Source: Natronomonas sp. | Lineage (GTDB): Archaea > Halobacteriota > Halobacteria > Halobacteriales > Haloarculaceae | Reading direction: 5' to 3' | Length of the DNA stretch: 64,000 nucleotides | NCBI RefSeq assembly: GCF_047616845.1 | Contig: NZ_JBLGBY010000001.1 | Location: forward strand, 18,631 to 82,630 | In this document: positions 21,007-31,195 of the stretch, one piece after another | How positions within the stretch are numbered: position 1 is the stretch's first letter | Layout of the letters: each line of letters begins with the position of its first letter | The notes under the pieces: model-generated | The model's input: only the letters and a program-made list of their open reading frames with translations | The model's database searches: none | What the model was told of the DNA's origin: nothing | Translations under genes and position numbers: made by a program

Positions 21007-21210
21007 CTACGCCTCTCGGAGGAAGTCGACCACAGTTTCACCGTCCGCATCGAGGCCACCGGCCTGCGCGACCGTTGGTGAGCCGCCGTCACCACCACCG
21101 AACACGCGGAGTAGAAACGTCTCCGAGAGGACGACCTCGCTGCCGCCGTCCTCGACGGTCGCCTCGAACGAGCGCGTCTCGGGGTTGTCTGGCGCTTGCG
21201 ACGGAGCCAT
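21007..21210 (-). CDS. Small hypothetical protein
   Basis: Acidic 67-aa ORF filling the gap between two co-oriented genes; no recognised motif. Confidence 0.4.
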   Translation of the reverse strand: MAPSQAPDNPETRSFEATVEDGGSEVVLSETFLLRVFGGGDGGSPTVAQAGGLDADGETVVDFLREA

Positions 21211-21257
21211 GGCTGTCGAGAGGTCGGTCGGCAACAAAAGCCGGTCGGAAGCGGACG

Positions 21258-21782
21258 TTACTCCTCTGCGAGTTCGACGTCGAGTCGCTGTTCGAGGGCT
21301 GCGATGAGCGCGCCGCCGACGTTTGCGCGGGCCGCACGCCCCTGCTCGACGGCGATGATGGCGTCCTCGTCGACGCCGAGCTCGTCTGCGAGTTCGTCGA
21401 TCTGAAGGCCGGCGTCCTGCCGCGCTTCCTCCACGCGGTCGCCGTAGCCACGGACGAGATACGGGAGGGGATCGTCCTCGTAATCGGTGCCCTCCTCCCA
21501 GTCGGTAGTTGCCTGCTGTGCGTCACGGAGCTTGGCAGCGTTCTGGGCGGCCTTTTTGCGGCGCTTGCGTTCGGAGTCGCGCCCCGAACTGCCGCCGCTC
21601 GCACCGCCGCCGCTGCCACCGCCACTACCGTTCGACCCCTCGCCGTGGTGAGCGCACTCACCACAGACATCGAGCTCCGCTCCGGCGACAGTCGCGGTTT
21701 CGAGGTCGCGTCCCTCGGCCCCGCAGAGTTCGCAGGCGCCACCAGAGTCGCCCCCGACGCCACCAGTCGAGTATTTAGCCAT
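21258..21782 (-). CDS. aMBF1-like Zn-ribbon plus XRE-HTH protein
   Basis: CELCG...CGEC ribbon, Gly/Ser linker, C-terminal HTH (VEEARQDAGL...VEQG). Confidence 0.8.
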   Translation of the reverse strand: MAKYSTGGVGGDSGGACELCGAEGRDLETATVAGAELDVCGECAHHGEGSNGSGGGSGGGASGGSSGRDSERKRRKKAAQNAAKLRDAQQATTDWEEGTDYEDDPLPYLVRGYGDRVEEARQDAGLQIDELADELGVDEDAIIAVEQGRAARANVGGALIAALEQRLDVELAEE

Positions 21783-21908
21783 AGAGAGTATCAGCGCTGC
21801 AGCATACTTCAACCCCGCGCTCCCGTGCGAACTTCTCCCGGCCGGCGGCCAAAGGAAAGCCCTTTTATCGTCCCCCGATTTACCCACGAGTGCAGCAAGA
21901 GACACCGT

Positions 21909-21993
21909 GCGTGGGTAGCCAAGCTAGGCCAACGGCGCAGCGTTGAGGGCGCTGTCCTGTAGAGGTCCGCCGGTTCAAATCCGGTCCCACGCA
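21909..21993 (+). tRNA. tRNA-Leu(GAG)
   Basis: Acceptor GCGTGGG/CCCACGC, anticodon arm CAGCG-TTGAGGG-CGCTG, long variable arm, TTCAAAT T-loop; CCA not encoded. Confidence 0.95.
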
Positions 21994-22153
21994 CTGCCGG
22001 CGATCACAGTCGCCGAAGTCAGTGCGGGTGCTCGAAGACAGCACCCACGCAAACTTCTCACGAAACCAACTGAAAAGCGGCGCTGCCGTCCGTTGTAACA
22101 CGACAGACAGCCGGCTGGCTATCCGCCCACAGCGACCACTCATCGAGAAGCGA

Positions 22154-22288
22154 CTAGAGACTGCGACTGACGCCGATGTTCTTGAGGTAGCCGCCGCACG
22201 AACAGAGGCGACCATCCGGGTCTTGCTCCCGGTGTCCACAGTCGATACACTCGAACAGCGGTTCCTCGTCTGGTTGAGCTCCGCGCAT
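22154..22288 (-). CDS. Small rubrerythrin-like/zinc-ribbon protein
   Basis: FECIDCG...CSCGG.LKN pattern in 44 aa. Confidence 0.7.
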   Translation of the reverse strand: MRGAQPDEEPLFECIDCGHREQDPDGRLCSCGGYLKNIGVSRSL

Positions 22289-22397
22289 TCCGTTCGGATG
22301 GTTTGTGCTCTGTATTGTTAACAGTTGCCATGGCTGTGCATCCAATTACGACCGTCGAATCACCAACTCTAACCACCGACCGATCGTACCATACGCC

Positions 22398-22961
22398 ATG
22401 GAAACTCGGACGTGGGCCAGAGAGCACGTACCAGCGCTGACGGCGCTACTGACTGCCGTATCGCTGGCGCTCGTCTTCGGCGCCGCATTACAGCTGTTGC
22501 CCGTCGATGCACTGCCGAATCCCGAGGCACTGCTTTCGGCGATTCCGCACGTCAACGCCGTCATCAGCCTGCTCGCCATCGGGACGATAAGCGCCGGCGT
22601 TCGCTACATCAGGCGTGGCGATGTTCGGAAACACCGCACGCTCATGCTCACCAGTTTCGGGCTGTTCGCGCTGTTCCTCGCGCTGTATCTCTACCGGGTC
22701 GCACTCCTCGGCCCGACCGAGTTCACCGGCCCTGCAGTCGTCGAAACGTATCTCTACTACCCGTTCCTCTTCGTCCACATCTCGCTGGCCATCGTCTGTG
22801 TGCCGTTCGTCTTCTACGCGCTGTTGATCGCCGGCACCCGGCCCGTTGCCGACATCTACGAAACCAGACACCGCATTGCGGGCCGAATCGCCGCGAGCCT
22901 GTGGCTCATCTCCTTTTCGATGGGCATCGCTATCTACGCGATGCTGTATCACGTCTTCTGA
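22398..22961 (+). CDS. DUF420 family membrane protein
   Basis: PHVNA, HRTLML, HISLA and HRIAGR conserved His pattern. Confidence 0.85.
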   Translation: METRTWAREHVPALTALLTAVSLALVFGAALQLLPVDALPNPEALLSAIPHVNAVISLLAIGTISAGVRYIRRGDVRKHRTLMLTSFGLFALFLALYLYRVALLGPTEFTGPAVVETYLYYPFLFVHISLAIVCVPFVFYALLIAGTRPVADIYETRHRIAGRIAASLWLISFSMGIAIYAMLYHVF

Positions 22962-22980
22962 AACGGAGAAATAACCGCGC

Positions 22981-24816
22981 TCAGTACGAGCGAACCTTCG
23001 GCTCGTACTCCTTGTTCTCGCCTTCGAGGATGACGGGCTTGTAGTAGAGGTCGGGAGTGCCGTCGTTCCAGGCGATCATGGTGTGTTTGAGCCAGTCTTC
23101 GTCCTTCCGCTCTTGGTGTTCCTGCCGCCAGTGGGCGCCACGGAACTCCTCGCGGGCGAGCGCGCCAAGGGTGATGGTCTCGGCGATATCGATGAGGTTG
23201 CCCGTCTCGATGGTGTGGATGAGGTCGGTGTTGAACGTCCGCGAGGGGTCGGCGACGGCGACGTCCTGATACCGTTCGCGACACTCCCGGATCGTCTCCA
23301 GCGCCTGCTGAAGACCCTCCTTGTTCCGGAAGACGTTGACGTTCTCCGTCATCGCCTTCTGGAGGTCTTCGCGGATTTCGGCGTGGTTCGTGCCGTCGCG
23401 TTCGAGCATCCCCTCGATGCGAGCGCGCTCGGCTTCGACGGCGTGTTCGACGACCGAGTCGGCGTCGACCATCGCACCATCGGCGGCGATGTCCTCGTCG
23501 CCTGTGTCGAGGGCACCGGGTTCGACTGGCGTGTCGAGGGAGTCTTCGTCTTCGCTCCGGGCGGAGGTGCCCGTCTGGACTTCGGCTTCGCCGAGGTCGC
23601 GGCCTGCCGCGTGGTGGCCGGCGCGGGCGCCGAAGACGATGAGTTCCGGCAGGGCGTTGCCGCCAAGACGGTTCGAGCCGTGGACGGACGCACAGGCACA
23701 CTCACCGGCAGCGTAGAGGCCGTCGATGCACGTCTGACCGTGCTCGTTCGTCTCGATGCCGCCCATGTGGTAGTGCTGGCCGGGCTTGACCGGCATCGGC
23801 TCCTCGACGGGGTTGACGCCCTCGAAGTCCTCCGCGAGGTGGATGATGTTCTCCAGGCGGTCGTAGACGCGCTCGTCGCCGAGATGGCGCATGTCGAGAT
23901 AGACGTACTCGTCGTTGATGCCGCGGCCTTCGTTGACCTCGGTCAGCTCGGCGCGGGCGACGACGTCGCGCGAGGCGAGTTCGCCGGCGTTGTTCGCGTA
24001 GCCACGCTCGAACATGAAGCGCTCGCCCTCGCTGTTGTAGAGGATGCCACCCTCACCGCGGACACCCTCGGAGATGAGCACACCCGTGCTCGGGAGCGTT
24101 GTCGGGTGGAACTGAACGAACTCCATGTCCTCGACTGGGACGCCCGCACGATACGCCATCGCGGGGCCGTCGCCGGTGTTCGCGACAGCGTTTGTCGTGT
24201 GGTCGAAGACCTGGCCGTCGCCACCCGTCGCGAGAATGACGCCGTTCGTGGCCTGGAAGCCGACGACCTCGCCCGACTTGATGTCGTAGGCGACGACGCC
24301 GTGGCACTCGCGGTCTTCGGGGTCGTCGTGGTCGGTGACGCCGAGCTGTGAGACGTAGAACTCGTCGTACACCTGAATACCTCGCTTGACGACCTGCTCG
24401 TACATCGTGTGCAGCAGGTGGTGGCCGGTCTCGGCGCCCGCGTACGTGGTACGGGGGAACGAGAGGCCGCCGAACGGACGCTGGGAGACGCGGCCGTCCT
24501 CTTCGCGGGAGAAGGGCATGCCCCAGTGTTCGAGCTGGATGACCTCGTCGGGGGCGTCCTGTGCCAGCGTCTCGATTACGGGTGCGTCTCCGAGGTAGTC
24601 GGAGCCCTTCATCGTGTCGTAGGCGTGCAGTTCCCAGTCGTCGCCGTCGCGGAGCGCGGCGTTGATGCCGCCCTCTGCGGCACCCGTGTGGGAACGAACT
24701 GGATGAAGCTTCGTGACCATGGCGACGTCGGCGCCTTCCTCGTGGGCCGCGATGGCCGCACGGAGACCGGCGCCGCCGGCACCGACCACGATTACGTCGT
24801 GTTCGTGTAATGTCAT
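22981..24816 (-). CDS. sdhA: Succinate dehydrogenase flavoprotein
   Basis: GAGGAG, RSHTGAAEGG, QFHPT and HGSNRLGGN motifs. Confidence 0.96.
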   Translation of the reverse strand: MTLHEHDVIVVGAGGAGLRAAIAAHEEGADVAMVTKLHPVRSHTGAAEGGINAALRDGDDWELHAYDTMKGSDYLGDAPVIETLAQDAPDEVIQLEHWGMPFSREEDGRVSQRPFGGLSFPRTTYAGAETGHHLLHTMYEQVVKRGIQVYDEFYVSQLGVTDHDDPEDRECHGVVAYDIKSGEVVGFQATNGVILATGGDGQVFDHTTNAVANTGDGPAMAYRAGVPVEDMEFVQFHPTTLPSTGVLISEGVRGEGGILYNSEGERFMFERGYANNAGELASRDVVARAELTEVNEGRGINDEYVYLDMRHLGDERVYDRLENIIHLAEDFEGVNPVEEPMPVKPGQHYHMGGIETNEHGQTCIDGLYAAGECACASVHGSNRLGGNALPELIVFGARAGHHAAGRDLGEAEVQTGTSARSEDEDSLDTPVEPGALDTGDEDIAADGAMVDADSVVEHAVEAERARIEGMLERDGTNHAEIREDLQKAMTENVNVFRNKEGLQQALETIRECRERYQDVAVADPSRTFNTDLIHTIETGNLIDIAETITLGALAREEFRGAHWRQEHQERKDEDWLKHTMIAWNDGTPDLYYKPVILEGENKEYEPKVRSY

Positions 24817-24853
24817 AGTGTTGTGTTAGGACTTGGTATCCGTTAGCGTGCGG

Positions 24854-25720
24854 TTACCAGAACTTCAGGTTGCTCTTGACGGCTTCCCGTTTGAGCTCCT
24901 GGATGTGTTCTGTCAGCGGGATGTCTTTCGGACACACCTCGGTACAGGAGAACTGGGTCTGACAGCGCCAGACGCCGTGTTCCTGCTCGATGATGTTGAG
25001 GCGGTGTTCCGTCATGTCGTCGCCCTCGCGTTCGTCCATCGCAAAGCGGTACGCTTTGTTGATGGCCGCGGGGCCGAGATACTCGTTGTCGCCGGCCGCG
25101 ATGTTACATGAGGACATACACGCGCTACACCAGATACAGCGCGTGGACATCTTCACCTTCTCGCGGTTCTCGCGGGTCTGTCGCTGCTCTTCGTCGGCGC
25201 CCGGGAGGTCGTTCGTCTGGAAGTACGGTTCGACGGATTCCATCTGGTCGTAGAAATGCTCCATGTCGACGACGAGGTCTTTGACCACGTCGGCGTGCGG
25301 GAGCGGCTCGATGCGGACGGGCCACTCGAGGTCGGACATCTGTGTCTTGCAACCGAGTCGCTGGGAGCCGTTGATGAACAGCGCGTCGGAGCCACAGATG
25401 GCCTGCCGACAGGAGTGTCGGAAGGTCAGGCTGGAATCGAAGTGGTCGCGGGCGTAGATGAGCGCGTCGAGTACCGTCATCCCCTTGGTGAACGGGATAC
25501 GGAAGGTGTCGAACCGCGGCTCCTCTTTGCCCTTGACCTCGGGGTCGAAGCGGAAGACCTTGATTTTGACAGTCTCCTCGGTGCCCGAGAGGTCTTCTTC
25601 GGCGCGTTCGCGCATGCCGGCGCGTTCGCGTTTCTCGGCCAGGCGTCGTTGCTGGTGGGCGGACTTCTGTTCGGTTTCCGGTTCGGTCTCGGTCTCTTGT
25701 TCGGTTACTTGCGTGCTCAT
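24854..25720 (-). CDS. sdhB: Succinate dehydrogenase iron-sulfur subunit
   Basis: SCRQAICGSD, CIWCSACMSSC and C...CTEVCP clusters; ATG at 25720. Confidence 0.95.
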   Translation of the reverse strand: MSTQVTEQETETEPETEQKSAHQQRRLAEKRERAGMRERAEEDLSGTEETVKIKVFRFDPEVKGKEEPRFDTFRIPFTKGMTVLDALIYARDHFDSSLTFRHSCRQAICGSDALFINGSQRLGCKTQMSDLEWPVRIEPLPHADVVKDLVVDMEHFYDQMESVEPYFQTNDLPGADEEQRQTRENREKVKMSTRCIWCSACMSSCNIAAGDNEYLGPAAINKAYRFAMDEREGDDMTEHRLNIIEQEHGVWRCQTQFSCTEVCPKDIPLTEHIQELKREAVKSNLKFW

Positions 25721-25722
25721 GG

Positions 25723-26088
25723 TTAGACGAGGTTCGTCATGGCGAGGGAGACGCGGATGCCCTGAACGATGAGCATGACGCCGGCGACGCCCAGCAGCCA
25801 TTTGACGGCCGTTTTGGGGGTGCCGTCCAGTCCCTGGTTGACGAGAGCGTTGTACACGCCGTTGACGCCGTGGAACGTGGCGGTGATGAGGAAAAGCACC
25901 ATCGTCGTGAAGTAGCCGACCTGTCCCATGCGCGCGGTCGTCCCGGCGAAGGTGATTTCTGCTGCGTGGTTGACGAAGTGAAGCAGCATGAAGTGATACG
26001 CCAACACGACAACGAGGAACGCGGCCGTGATGCGCTGGAGCAGCCAGCGTGTGCCCTTCGGTTCGAATGAGGAGTAGTAGTCTGCCAT
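25723..26088 (-). CDS. sdhD: Succinate dehydrogenase membrane anchor
   Basis: WLLQRITA and FHGVNG motifs; operon position. Confidence 0.88.
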   Translation of the reverse strand: MADYYSSFEPKGTRWLLQRITAAFLVVVLAYHFMLLHFVNHAAEITFAGTTARMGQVGYFTTMVLFLITATFHGVNGVYNALVNQGLDGTPKTAVKWLLGVAGVMLIVQGIRVSLAMTNLV

Positions 26089-26090
26089 CG

Positions 26091-26480
26091 TTAGAACCCT
26101 CCGAGGAACGTGGGAATACTCGCGACCGTGATAGCGGCCGTAGCGATCAGTGCGGCGTAGAACGCCTTATCCTGTGCCTCAAGCCCGATACCGAGGTCGA
26201 CGAACAGCAGGCGGACGCCGTTGAGAATGTGGAAGACGGCGACGGCCAGCAGGCCGACCTCGAGGAATCGAACGAGGAGGAGTTCCTCCAGCCCCTGAAG
26301 CGTCGTCGTGTACGTCCCAGGGTCGACCGTGGCGGTGCTCAGAACGGCGATGTGTGTAAACAGGTAGCCGATGAGCACCCAGCCGGTGAACTTGTGGAAA
26401 ATCCAGGCCCACATACCGGCAGAGAACTCCTGCCACCGCCCGAAGTCCTCTATCAGACCTCGGTCGTACGATTGACTCAT
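26091..26480 (-). CDS. sdhC: Succinate dehydrogenase cytochrome b556 subunit
   Basis: WIFHKFTG and FHILNGVR motifs; ATG at 26480. Confidence 0.9.
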   Translation of the reverse strand: MSQSYDRGLIEDFGRWQEFSAGMWAWIFHKFTGWVLIGYLFTHIAVLSTATVDPGTYTTTLQGLEELLLVRFLEVGLLAVAVFHILNGVRLLFVDLGIGLEAQDKAFYAALIATAAITVASIPTFLGGF

Positions 26481-26778
26481 GCAGTCGAGGGTCAGTACGC
26501 CGCTGGTATAGTAGTTACTACCTGCGAACGTCTCACAGACACGAACCGGCACGTTTCGCCGGGGCTTCGAGGTATCTTGTTTTGTGTCGGTCGGCGCGGT
26601 CGGCTCACATCACCGTCACGACTTCGTGGCCGTTACTTGTGAACTGCCCCATGTTCGATGTAGATACATTGTTGGTACATATAACGGCCGGGCGGTGGTG
26701 TCACGACTGACCTACGCGGCCGCATACTCGTTCGTAACCTGATAGGAATTTAAGTAAGTGGACGCGGAACACGTTTGG

Positions 26779-27330
26779 ATGGAACCTTCAGATGAACAGC
26801 GAATCCCCATCCTGAGCGATTTTGCTGATGCGCTCGAACGCGCCGTGTTCACGGGTTGGTATCGGCGATTCATCCGGATGCTCATCGTAGCCGTCGTGAT
26901 ACTCGGTATCCTCCAGTTGCTGCGGTTGGGAACCGACCTCAGCGTGTTCTCGGCGGGATTCACCGAAACGCTCAATCTGGTGACAAGCGTGGCGGTTTCG
27001 GTGTTCGTCATCGCGGGCGCCCTGCAGTTGCTTATTTTCTCCCGTGGCGTCCGGCGACGCGAGGCGATGGTCGCGAAATCAGCTGAGGACGTCGAACGCT
27101 CCGCAGCGGACGTCACCAAGGCCGCCGAAGAGCTCGACAAGGCCATCGAGGAGCCCGAACAGATAGAAAAAGACCCAGACGAGATCGAAGACACGGTCGA
27201 GCAGGTCGAAGAGCAGGCCACCGAGGCAAAAGAGACCGCGGAGAAGGTGAAAGGCGACCTGCAACCGCCCGCCGAGGAAGAACAGGCGGACGCCGATGAC
27301 GATGCCGAGGACGACGAAGAGCGTCGATAA
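26779..27330 (+). CDS. Hypothetical membrane protein with acidic coiled-coil tail
   Basis: Two TM helices then E/K/A-rich tail; TTTAAG TATA-like box about 27 nt upstream. Confidence 0.65.
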   Translation: MEPSDEQRIPILSDFADALERAVFTGWYRRFIRMLIVAVVILGILQLLRLGTDLSVFSAGFTETLNLVTSVAVSVFVIAGALQLLIFSRGVRRREAMVAKSAEDVERSAADVTKAAEELDKAIEEPEQIEKDPDEIEDTVEQVEEQATEAKETAEKVKGDLQPPAEEEQADADDDAEDDEERR

Positions 27331-27353
27331 GCGATAAAACGGCCGAGCCGTAC

Positions 27354-28814
<1,461 letters not shown>

Positions 28815-28817
28815 CGG

Positions 28818-29324
28818 CTACTCGTCGGTCAGAATCTCCGAAGATTCCATGTGCTCACGCGAGAGCTCCACGTAGCGTTGGCCTGCATAGGCCCACGGCG
28901 AGTCCTCGACCTCCTTGATCTTCTCCGCCGGCGTGCCGGCATAGAGGGTGTTCGGCTCGATTTCGCTGTCTTCCGTGACGAGGCTGTTGGCACCGACCAT
29001 CGCCTCTTCGCCGATGGTCGAGCGGTCGAGAACGGTCGCGCTCATGCCGACAAGGGCGCGTTCCTCGACGGTCGCGTTGTGGACGATTGCAGTGTGGCCG
29101 ACCGTCGCGTACGGGCCGATCTGGGCACCCTCATGGAGCACGGCGTTGTCCTGGACGTTTGAGCCCTCTTCGAGCCGGATGTTCCCGTGGTCGCCACGAA
29201 TCGTCACGTTCGGCCAGACGCTTGCGTCCTTCTCGATGGTCACATCGCCGATGACGACTGCTGTGGGGTCAACGTACGCATCCTCGTGGACGTCCGGTTC
29301 GATGCCGTCGAAACTGCGGAGCAT
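28818..29324 (-). CDS. Gamma carbonic anhydrase family (hexapeptide repeat) protein
   Basis: IRGD, SNVQDNAVLH, VGHTAIVH and AGTPA motifs. Confidence 0.9.
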   Translation of the reverse strand: MLRSFDGIEPDVHEDAYVDPTAVVIGDVTIEKDASVWPNVTIRGDHGNIRLEEGSNVQDNAVLHEGAQIGPYATVGHTAIVHNATVEERALVGMSATVLDRSTIGEEAMVGANSLVTEDSEIEPNTLYAGTPAEKIKEVEDSPWAYAGQRYVELSREHMESSEILTDE

Positions 29325-29654
29325 ATCGGACACTCCGGAGGTGGCGTGTTAAACGTACGGTCGGCGGTGGACGGTCGACCGCAAGGATGAATATTTGTCA
29401 ACTTCCGAACCGCGCGCGAGCCGCAAAACTGGTTGTTTCTCCACTCATAGGGCGAAATCATCTATCACACGATTATTTAAGCAGGGTATGCACGGGCTCT
29501 GGCACTGTAGCATACAAGGACGGCCGAAGAGATATTAGGCATTTACGTCGTGCGGTTTCGACGATTCGGCCGGATAGCACGTCCTCTGAATACCCGTCCA
29601 ACATCTGTTTCAAAGACAGCTTTAAATACCTGGAACGCGCTTGCATCGATTGCA

Positions 29655-29720
29655 ATGACACAGCACGAGGATACGTCGCCTTCGGCGGCGGATCGAGTTC
29701 TTCCAGGGCACGCTAGATAG
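29655..29720 (+). CDS. 21-aa upstream ORF overlapping the leuA frame (MTQHEDTSPSAADRVLPGHAR)
   Basis: ATG about 27 nt after TTTAAATA (29621-29628), the spacing of a leaderless start; stop TAG at 29718-29720. Confidence 0.55.
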   Translation: MTQHEDTSPSAADRVLPGHAR

Positions 29721-30870
29721 TACCTCGGAGATAAGCGAGGCCCGAATTTTCGATACGACGCTGCGCGACGGCGAACAGTCACCGCGAACTTCGTTCAGTT
29801 ACGAGGATAAACGCGAGATAGCCGCCATCCTGGATGACATGGGAACACACGTCATCGAGGCCGGCTTCCCCGTGAACTCCGACGCGGAGTTCGAAGCGGT
29901 ACAGGACATCGCCGACGCGACATCCACCACGGTCTGCGGGCTCGCCCGCGTGGTGGAGAAGGACATCGACGCCGCGCTGGATTCCGGCGTCGAGATGGTG
30001 CACGTCTTCGCGTCCACCAGCGATGTCCAGCTGCAGGATTCGATGCACGCCACACGTCAGGAGGCGCTCGACCGGTCGGTAGCGGCCGTCGAGCGCGTCA
30101 AAGACGCCGGCGTTACCTGCATGTACTCGCCGATGGACGCCACGCGCACCGATGAATCGTTCCTGATCGACGTCATCGAGGCCGTCTCCGACGCCGGGAC
30201 GGACTGGATAAACATTCCCGACACCTGTGGGGTCGCAACGCCACGACGGTTCTACGACATGGTCGAGAACGTCTGTGCGCACACGGACGCCAACGTCGAC
30301 GTCCACACCCACGACGACTTCGGACTGGCCTCCGCCAACGCCCTTTCGGGCTTCGAGGCGGGCGCCGCCCAATCGCAGGTGTCCGTCAACGGCATCGGCG
30401 AACGCGCCGGCAACGCGGCCTACGAAGAGGTCGTCATGGCGCTTGAGTCGCTGTACGACGTCGACACGGGCATCAAAACCGAACGCATCACGGAGTTGGC
30501 CCGGCTCGTCGAGGAGAAAAGCGACATCCCGGTTCCGGCGAACAAGCCGGTCGTCGGCGACAACGCGTTCTCCCACGAATCCGGCATCCACGCCGCCGGC
30601 GTCATCGAGAACGCCGACACGTTCGAACCTGGCGTGATGACCCCGGAGATGGTCGGTGCGACGCGTGAACTGGTGCTCGGAAAACACACCGGCACGCACT
30701 CGGTACGAGAGCGGCTGGAAGACGCCGGTTTCGACCCGACCGACGCGGAAGTCCGTGAGGTGACCCGCATGGTGAAAGACCGCGGCGCGCAAAAGGAGAA
30801 GGTCACCTTCGAGCGGCTCAAGGAGTTTGCCCGCGAGGTGGGCGTCCGACGCGAGGAGGTTCGCGCATAG
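29659..30870 (+). CDS. leuA: 2-isopropylmalate/citramalate synthase family enzyme without canonical start codon and without C-terminal regulatory domain
   Basis: Open frame 29659-30870 with DTTLRDGEQ (29752-29778), HTHDD, GIGERAGN and HESGIH. First ATG (29839) lies after the catalytic motif. Confidence 0.88.
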   Translation, partial: HSTRIRRLRRRIEFFQGTLDSTSEISEARIFDTTLRDGEQSPRTSFSYEDKREIAAILDDMGTHVIEAGFPVNSDAEFEAVQDIADATSTTVCGLARVVEKDIDAALDSGVEMVHVFASTSDVQLQDSMHATRQEALDRSVAAVERVKDAGVTCMYSPMDATRTDESFLIDVIEAVSDAGTDWINIPDTCGVATPRRFYDMVENVCAHTDANVDVHTHDDFGLASANALSGFEAGAAQSQVSVNGIGERAGNAAYEEVVMALESLYDVDTGIKTERITELARLVEEKSDIPVPANKPVVGDNAFSHESGIHAAGVIENADTFEPGVMTPEMVGATRELVLGKHTGTHSVRERLEDAGFDPTDAEVREVTRMVKDRGAQKEKVTFERLKEFAREVGVRREEVRA

Positions 30871-30999
30871 GAATGTCCACCGCGGACGGCTTTCATCCAC
30901 GACAGCGACGGGTGAACGGCGGCATCGACGGACGGGCACGGAGCAACGCTTGCCCAACGCGGAACGCTTATGATCGTCCACTGCGGTATTATCGACGTG

Positions 31000-31074
31000 A
31001 TGAGGGACGTGACCGCTGGCACTCGAACGCCCCCGCGTTCGCCCAGCATCGCGATTATTGTAGGGGCTGTCTAG
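31000..31074 (+). CDS. Putative Ile/Val-rich leader peptide of the ilvB operon (MRDVTAGTRTPPRSPSIAIIVGAV)
   Basis: ATG about 27 nt after a TTATGA TATA-like box; ends ATC GCG ATT ATT GTA GGG GCT GTC TAG. Confidence 0.6.
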   Translation: MRDVTAGTRTPPRSPSIAIIVGAV

Positions 31075-31082
31075 CCCCTACA
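31059..31082 (+). promoter_or_regulatory. Hairpin over leader-ORF stop codon (attenuator-like)
   Basis: TGTAGGGGCT-GTCT-AGCCCCTACA, perfect 10-bp stem, followed by pyrimidine-rich TTCTCTTC. Confidence 0.55.
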
Positions 31083-31195
31083 CAACCGTTCTCTTCGTTG
31101 CAGTTCGCATCGCTTTCAGACAGTTTCACGGACAGAATAATGTACACACGAGACACCAATCGACGGTATCGCACACACGACGGAGGTGCGTCGGC

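Noticed and set aside
21909-21993. Proximity of tRNA-Leu(GAG), the CUU decoder, to the leuA locus
   Set aside because: About 7.7 kb away with unrelated genes between; no evidence of functional linkage.
21986-22051. CCCACGCA repeated just downstream of tRNA-Leu, as a possible att site
   Set aside because: Only 8 bp, with no integrase or foreign DNA nearby.
29387-29716. ORFs in the gamma-CA/leuA intergenic region
   Set aside because: Atypical composition, overlap promoter elements, no recognisable motifs.
29839-30870. ORF-track start for leuA at ATG 29839
   Set aside because: It would omit the catalytic DTTLRDGEQ motif encoded upstream in the same frame.
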